From Minisyncoccota bacterium (GTDB lineage Bacteria > Patescibacteriota > Minisyncoccia > Phycocordibacterales > PALSA-1337): a DNA stretch of 64,000 nt. Position numbers and translations under genes: made by a program. Below the pieces are notes generated by a model. That model saw only the letters and a program-made list of their open reading frames with translations. It was not told the origin of the DNA and did not search any database. The stretch lies in the NCBI GenBank assembly GCA_041663145.1, contig JBAZRG010000001.1:156942-220941 (forward strand), read 5' to 3'. Shown here piece by piece: positions 58,624-64,000 of the stretch (its first letter is position 1; every line of letters starts with the position of its first letter).

Positions 58624-60435
58624 ATGTCATATAAACTACCTCTAAATGGGCAATGGACACAGCCAAATCTTGGTGATAATCAAGGATCACTTTGGGGTAC
58701 GTTTAATGTAGATCTAACAAAAAAGAAAGGTTCTATATTTGGTACTCGCATGATTTCAAATGGTTCGCTTTCCAGTTATAGTGGACTTACAAATTTGGGT
58801 CTTGCCACAAGTTTTGCAAGAATAGATATGGGAGATGGTATTCAATATTGGACTGTTGCAGGTAGTAAAGTGTTCAAATCAGTGGCGGCAAGTTTCCCTA
58901 CCACGTTTATTGAAGATGATTTATCAGGAAGCCCAACAACATGTAGTTCTCGTTGTTCGGACATGAAAGTATTTAACGAGTCATTGTATGTTACGACAGC
59001 ATCAAGAGTTGTGTACAAGTTAGGTGGAGCTGGTTGGAGTAGTTTTACTGCAGGTAATGTTAACAGCAATTCTCATCTTTTGGCAGTTTATGGAAATAGA
59101 TTGTATATGACAACTGAAGTTTGCAAAATTATTTCATGGGATAGTGCTGATACTGTGGCTTCCTCTGGTTCGTATACTATCAATCTTGAATCAGCTGGTC
59201 TTGGTTCTGAAACTGAGAATATCATCACATTTCTTACTCCCGCTTCAAATGGGATATGGATAGGTACGGTCAATCGCTATGGACTGAATGCTAGGGTGTA
59301 TTTTTGGGACGGGGTTACGGCTGATACATTTGAAAACGCATATTCAATAAACTCTACTGGCGCAATGGCATGTGTCATAAAAGATGATGTCCCTGTTATT
59401 TTGAATAATGATGGTGTGCTTGGTCAATTGAATGGTGCAACATTTGTCGAAATCGCTAGATTCCCCATCAGAAATAAGAAAATGCTTACAAATGCTTTTT
59501 CATTCTATAATGATAGGTGGGTTCACCCGAATGGGATTGGAATAGTTAATGGTCGTGTCAATATCCTCGTTAATCTAGGGGAGATGTCAAATAATTCTCA
59601 AAATGAAGAAAACTGTCCTTCTGGTATTTGGGAATACGACCCTGATATTGGCTTATATCACAAATATTCTCCTTCCTATTATGACATAACATCAAGTCCA
59701 TCGGTGACTGATTATGGACAATCAAGACTTTGTGAAGTGGGTGAGGATGTCTCAGCTGGGGCTGGTGCGATAGTCTCTATTAAAAATCAATCTAATGTAG
59801 CTGATAAAAATGGTTCGGTTTTGGCGGGGTTTAGATTTTATACCGATGCAACAACAGCAAAATACGGGATATTTTCTGATGATAGTAATTCAACGATCCA
59901 AACATATTCACACATAATTACTTCACGATTACCAGCAACATCTTTACAAGATATTTGGAATAACGTATACGCATTTCACAAACCATTTCTTTCTTCTACT
60001 GATAAAATAATAGTTAAATATCGTACTACTGATTTGGAACCAGTAGAGACAACTATTACTTGGTCAAATACTACAGGATTTACAACAACAGCCGATTTAT
60101 CTGATTATGTTATAGGTGATGAGGTTGAAATTCTCCAGGGAATCTGGGGTGGTAGGACTTCTCATATAACTTCAATTCAGGCAACTGATTCAGGTTATAT
60201 GGTGGAAGTTGATGAAACTTATACGGGTGCTACAGGTACTTCTATTGCTCGATTTCAAAAATGGATAAAGGCAGGAACAATTACAAGTACAAATCAAGAT
60301 AGTGATGATTTAGGTAAAACTTTAATCGGAAAGACTAGGACTGATATTCAAATTAAAGTTTGCATGATTTCAACTGGTACAAACGAAATAAAAAGTATCG
60401 GTATAGTGAATAAAATCCATACTCAATTACAATAA
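58624..60435 (+). CDS. large tail/receptor-binding-like protein candidate
   Basis: ~600 aa. The start was chosen at MSYKLPLNG (58624), immediately after the upstream stop. The longer ORF-track start at 58522 overlaps the previous gene. Confidence 0.4.
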   Translation: MSYKLPLNGQWTQPNLGDNQGSLWGTFNVDLTKKKGSIFGTRMISNGSLSSYSGLTNLGLATSFARIDMGDGIQYWTVAGSKVFKSVAASFPTTFIEDDLSGSPTTCSSRCSDMKVFNESLYVTTASRVVYKLGGAGWSSFTAGNVNSNSHLLAVYGNRLYMTTEVCKIISWDSADTVASSGSYTINLESAGLGSETENIITFLTPASNGIWIGTVNRYGLNARVYFWDGVTADTFENAYSINSTGAMACVIKDDVPVILNNDGVLGQLNGATFVEIARFPIRNKKMLTNAFSFYNDRWVHPNGIGIVNGRVNILVNLGEMSNNSQNEENCPSGIWEYDPDIGLYHKYSPSYYDITSSPSVTDYGQSRLCEVGEDVSAGAGAIVSIKNQSNVADKNGSVLAGFRFYTDATTAKYGIFSDDSNSTIQTYSHIITSRLPATSLQDIWNNVYAFHKPFLSSTDKIIVKYRTTDLEPVETTITWSNTTGFTTTADLSDYVIGDEVEILQGIWGGRTSHITSIQATDSGYMVEVDETYTGATGTSIARFQKWIKAGTITSTNQDSDDLGKTLIGKTRTDIQIKVCMISTGTNEIKSIGIVNKIHTQLQ

Positions 60436-60445
60436 TATTAACAAT

Positions 60446-61948
60446 ATGCCTACACAACAAGAACAATTTGATACAGCTCTAAAAGGTTTAACGCCTGATG
60501 AACGAGCAACCTACACGAAAGCTAACCCGTCTGTAAATGTGGGCGGTGTTAATCAGTCATTAAATGGCTCAACTGGGGGTTATCAAGCGATTACATCAGA
60601 ATCCCTGCAACCACAATCTCCCATGAAATTGCCAACCCCAACGCCTTTAACTGGTGCTGTGGGACTTCAAGGTGCTATTGAGCAGGGTACGGCTTCGTAT
60701 ACGGCTTCTAGGGACGAGGAAAAGCGTCTAGCTGAACAGAACGCCGCCTTGAAAGCAAAGGAGACTGACATGACGACTTCTAAGCAAAGTTTGATGGATA
60801 AGATACTAGGTAGAGAATCAAAAACAGCACTTGAAGATACTACATATTCAGAAACTGTTGATCCTGCTAGAAAAGAACTTGATGATATAAATAGTCAAAT
60901 ATTGGCATCCCAACGTGCACAACAGAACGAAATTAAGTCTATTGAAAGAGAAACAATGTCAGAAGGTCAAAAGGCTGTAGTAGAAAGAGATATAAATAGA
61001 AAGTATATCTCAGAACAAGCTGATCTGGCAGTCATTCAGTATGCGCGACAGAATAACTACGCCCGTGCGAAAGAAATTGCTGATCGAAAGATAGCGGTAG
61101 TGTTAGAAAAAGATGCACAAGACATTGAATTATTAAAGTTTGCTTATGAAGAAAATAAGGAAGCGTTTAACAAGGATGAAACGAGACAGTACAACGAAAT
61201 GATTACTGAAAAAGAGAGAGCTCACGAGGAAAATAAGACTGCAATGAAGACGTTGAGTGATACTAAACTCGATCTGCTTAAGTCAGCGAGTGAACAAAGT
61301 GCGCCAAATTCAATACTACAAGCTATTCAGTCAGCAGAGACACCTGAACAGGCTTTGATAGCGGCTGGTAAATTTGGAGGAGATATATTAGAGAAAGAAC
61401 TAAAGCGAGCACAAATAGATAAGGCAGTTGCAGATGCTAAAGAAGCTCTCAATGGTAAAAGTGATGTAAAGTTAACAAGTGGACAGCAAGCTGCTTTGGG
61501 TTACGCAAATCGTGTTGCAGATGCAAATAAAATCATCAATGATATTGGTGGAAACTTCACTGGTCTAGGCAGTATTGTTGGTGGAATGATACCGAATACG
61601 TTAAAAACAAGCGAACGACAACAGTTTGAACAAGCACAAAGAAATTTTATAAATGCGGTTTTGAGACGAGAATCTGGTGCGGCTGTATCACCCGATGAAT
61701 TTGATAGCGCACGAAAGCAATACTTCCCTCAACCTGGCGATCAAACAGAAGTGCTTGAACAAAAGCAATTAAATCGTGAAAGAACACTTGAAAACTTGCT
61801 AAGAGAAGGAGGTCAAGATGTTGATACTCCTGTTCAACAAACAGTTGTAACCATAGGCAAGCAAAAAGTATTATCAGGTACTATAATTCAAAATGCTTCA
61901 GGACAAAAAGCTCGTGTCAATCCTGACGGCACAGTAACACCAATATGA
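60446..61948 (+). CDS. large virion protein with extended coiled-coil region
   Basis: 500 aa, a long helical Glu/Lys/Ala-rich region. Confidence 0.45.
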   Translation: MPTQQEQFDTALKGLTPDERATYTKANPSVNVGGVNQSLNGSTGGYQAITSESLQPQSPMKLPTPTPLTGAVGLQGAIEQGTASYTASRDEEKRLAEQNAALKAKETDMTTSKQSLMDKILGRESKTALEDTTYSETVDPARKELDDINSQILASQRAQQNEIKSIERETMSEGQKAVVERDINRKYISEQADLAVIQYARQNNYARAKEIADRKIAVVLEKDAQDIELLKFAYEENKEAFNKDETRQYNEMITEKERAHEENKTAMKTLSDTKLDLLKSASEQSAPNSILQAIQSAETPEQALIAAGKFGGDILEKELKRAQIDKAVADAKEALNGKSDVKLTSGQQAALGYANRVADANKIINDIGGNFTGLGSIVGGMIPNTLKTSERQQFEQAQRNFINAVLRRESGAAVSPDEFDSARKQYFPQPGDQTEVLEQKQLNRERTLENLLREGGQDVDTPVQQTVVTIGKQKVLSGTIIQNASGQKARVNPDGTVTPI

Positions 61949-63483
61949 AGCCAGAAGAATTTCTAAAGGGAGGAGAAATGACAGTCTTAACCGCAGATGA
62001 ATTTGTCGGGGATAGCGGTTTTACTGTTCTGGATCAGGACACTATAAAACAACCTAAATCGACGAAACCTAAATTGGTTCAGTTTGCGACAGGTGTAGCT
62101 AAAAGCACTATCACACCATTAGTTAATGTTGGAAAAGGAATTGCAAATCAGACTGTCGGGCGTGCTATCAATGCTATTCAAGGTGAAGGATTTAAGCCAA
62201 CAAAAGACAATAATCCTGCAGTTGACGCATTAAATGAAAAATCACAGTCAAGACTTGAAACTGCTGGAAAAATATCAGGTGATATTGTATCACTGGCAAT
62301 TCCAAGTGGGGCAGTCTCAAAAGCTACAAAAAGTCTTGGATTTATTGGTAAGACAGCCGCTCGTGCTGGAACATCTGGTGCTATTGTCTCTGCTCAAGAA
62401 GGTGAAGTTGGAACTGGTACAGGAATCGCTGTAGGTACAGAAGCAATTTTGCCAGGAGCTAGTAAATTGACTGGTATCGTTCTTGCACCTGTAAAAAGAC
62501 TTATCAAGTCACTGGCGTCTGGTCTATCTGGCGTGTCTTCAAAAGCGATAGAGTCAATTGTTGCTGAACCTAGCGTAGCAAAACAGATTGCGAAAGAGGT
62601 AGATGTCAGTGGTGTATCCAATGTCATAAAGAAAAATGCTGAAACTATCATCAATGGTGTATCGAAAGTACGTCAAGATGCTCGGAAAGCCTACGGTGAA
62701 GCGATCGGTGCTCTCAAAGCAGAGGACATTAAACCAGACGTGTTTCGTAAATCAGTTAGTGAAACTCTTGATAAGTATGGGTCAGTTGTTAAGAATGGAA
62801 CAAGGACTCTCACAAATGCTGAATTCGAAAATCCAACTCTTATAAAGAAGGCAAACGCATTGGTAAATAAGCTCTCAACCACGCCATTAGATGGACTTTC
62901 ACTAAATCGTCTTCAAAATGAAATTAATAATGCCGCTTTCAAAACTACGGGAAGTGATGCTGAAAGATTAGCATTCAACGCATTCGTAAAAGACTTATCA
63001 TCGTCTGTAAGAAAAGCAATAAATCAATCCACTGATAAATTGAAAGATATAAATAAAGCATATTCTACTGATCTACAACTTACTGAGGCGATCGAAGGAA
63101 TATTTGGTGGAGTAGAGTTTAAGAGTTTAGATGAAGTAAGAAAAGTATCTCAACAACTTGAGACATTGTTTAACAAAAAAGGAATTTCACCAGAAATAAT
63201 TGATGATTTTCTTACAAAAATTGGAGCAAAACCAAGTGAGTTCCGTGCATCAGAGGCAGTTAGACAGATAACTGATGTCGGCGAAAAAGCAAATCCTGTT
63301 GGACTTACACTGTCAGAGGTAATGAGAGGTCTAACAAGTTCTATTGTTACACCAAAAATAGTTAGAGATGTGTCAGTACTTACCGGACTGACTGAACAGG
63401 CATTACTTCCTGTGCTTGAAAAACTTGCACCAGCCGCTAGAGCGACATTTATCGATCTTATCCTTCAAGGAAAAGATAATTGA
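61945..63483 (+). CDS. large virion protein (Gly/Ala/Ser-rich)
   Basis: 512 aa; ATGA overlap with the upstream gene. Confidence 0.45.
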   Translation: MKPEEFLKGGEMTVLTADEFVGDSGFTVLDQDTIKQPKSTKPKLVQFATGVAKSTITPLVNVGKGIANQTVGRAINAIQGEGFKPTKDNNPAVDALNEKSQSRLETAGKISGDIVSLAIPSGAVSKATKSLGFIGKTAARAGTSGAIVSAQEGEVGTGTGIAVGTEAILPGASKLTGIVLAPVKRLIKSLASGLSGVSSKAIESIVAEPSVAKQIAKEVDVSGVSNVIKKNAETIINGVSKVRQDARKAYGEAIGALKAEDIKPDVFRKSVSETLDKYGSVVKNGTRTLTNAEFENPTLIKKANALVNKLSTTPLDGLSLNRLQNEINNAAFKTTGSDAERLAFNAFVKDLSSSVRKAINQSTDKLKDINKAYSTDLQLTEAIEGIFGGVEFKSLDEVRKVSQQLETLFNKKGISPEIIDDFLTKIGAKPSEFRASEAVRQITDVGEKANPVGLTLSEVMRGLTSSIVTPKIVRDVSVLTGLTEQALLPVLEKLAPAARATFIDLILQGKDN

Positions 63484-63579
63484 AGCTAGTCCGCCAAAGA
63501 ACCAAATACACACGACTATAGTGATGATTAGAAGAAATAATATTGAGGCGATCAAGAAGGCTAGAGCAATCATATTATT

Positions 63580-63972
63580 TTAGTTACAAGGTGTGATACT
63601 AATATCACCTTCAATAGAATCACCCACTTTGGTTCCATACGATTGATTACCTCCTGTACCGATATGTGTACCAGAATAAGCTGTTAGGACATAATGAAGA
63701 TTAGCTGTTTCGACTGGTAAATACGCATAGTGACTGTAATTCTTGTTTATTACTTGACCACCATTATAATTAAGGTTTCGCTGTCCTGATTCAGTATTTT
63801 CTAATACTGTGCCCTTAAAACTGGCAATAACTCTATCAACAGCAGACCAATTAGCCCCTATTTCTGCCAAATTACCTTCCTTTTTATCACATACTAATGA
63901 TCCAATACTCAAGTTAGGTGAAGTGTTTACTGCAGGTATAGAAGTAGGCGCAGGTGTACTTATTACTCCCAA
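63580..63972 (-). CDS. hypothetical protein on the minus strand (strand switch at the end of the structural array)
   Basis: 130-aa Gly/Thr/Asn-rich ORF with a beta-rich composition. Confidence 0.4.
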   Translation of the reverse strand: MGVISTPAPTSIPAVNTSPNLSIGSLVCDKKEGNLAEIGANWSAVDRVIASFKGTVLENTESGQRNLNYNGGQVINKNYSHYAYLPVETANLHYVLTAYSGTHIGTGGNQSYGTKVGDSIEGDISITPCN

Positions 63973-64000
63973 TACAGGCTGTTCGGTCTGAATGAACGCG

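Larger units (their letters stand above)
37150..64000 (+). mobile_element. phage/prophage region: early/recombination genes, HNH plus terminase, portal, head and tail genes; boundaries approximate, right end beyond the window
   Basis: Dense + strand array of small genes with ATGA-type start/stop overlaps, followed by TerS/TerL/portal/capsid-like genes. No integrase or att repeats were identified in the window. Confidence 0.6.

Noticed and set aside
58624-63972. Diversity-generating retroelement targeting tail proteins
   Set aside because: No reverse transcriptase ORF and no template/variable repeat pair were detected in the window.
1-64000. CRISPR array or rRNA/tRNA genes
   Set aside because: No regularly spaced direct repeats and no rRNA- or tRNA-like conserved segments were seen.

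Overview
This window has two parts. Positions 1 to about 36.7 kb are a compact bacterial chromosomal segment of housekeeping genes, almost all on the + strand. From about 37.1 kb to the window end there is a lambdoid-style phage or prophage region. The bacterial part looks like a small-genome, possibly CPR/Patescibacteria-type organism with many lineage-specific hypotheticals. It carries the 3' end of leuS, mnmA, pepF, a short alaS, an infA-rpmJ-rpsM-rpsK-rpsD-rpoA-rplQ-rplM-rpsI ribosomal cluster, grpE-dnaK-dnaJ, an HlyD/RND efflux pair, trpS, scpA/scpB, ftsW, murG, gltX and an M23 peptidase. The phage region has many small early genes, including NinB- and NinG-like recombination proteins, an HTH_39 protein, a replisome-organizer-like protein, HNH/NUMOD3 homing-endonuclease-like genes and a DNA methyltransferase-like gene. 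These are followed by HNH, small terminase, large terminase, portal, a family-2 glycosyltransferase, scaffold/capsid candidates and large tail or virion proteins. No integrase, tRNA, rRNA or CRISPR array was recognised.

The most unusual sequence-level signals are as follows. Two copies of a ~143-bp MITE-like element with terminal inverted repeats sit in opposite orientation and bracket a 9.2-kb dnaK-dnaJ-efflux segment; one copy splits grpE from dnaK. A separate 179-bp near-perfect palindromic element with 33-bp perfect terminal repeats lies just upstream of trpS. A multi-half-site palindrome overlaps the dnaK promoter. A divergent ORF is inserted between dnaK and dnaJ. The NinG-like N-terminus is duplicated, with one copy fused to NUMOD3/HNH-like motifs. 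A glycosyltransferase sits inside the phage head module. There is a ~290-nt GC-richer noncoding block in the phage accessory region.
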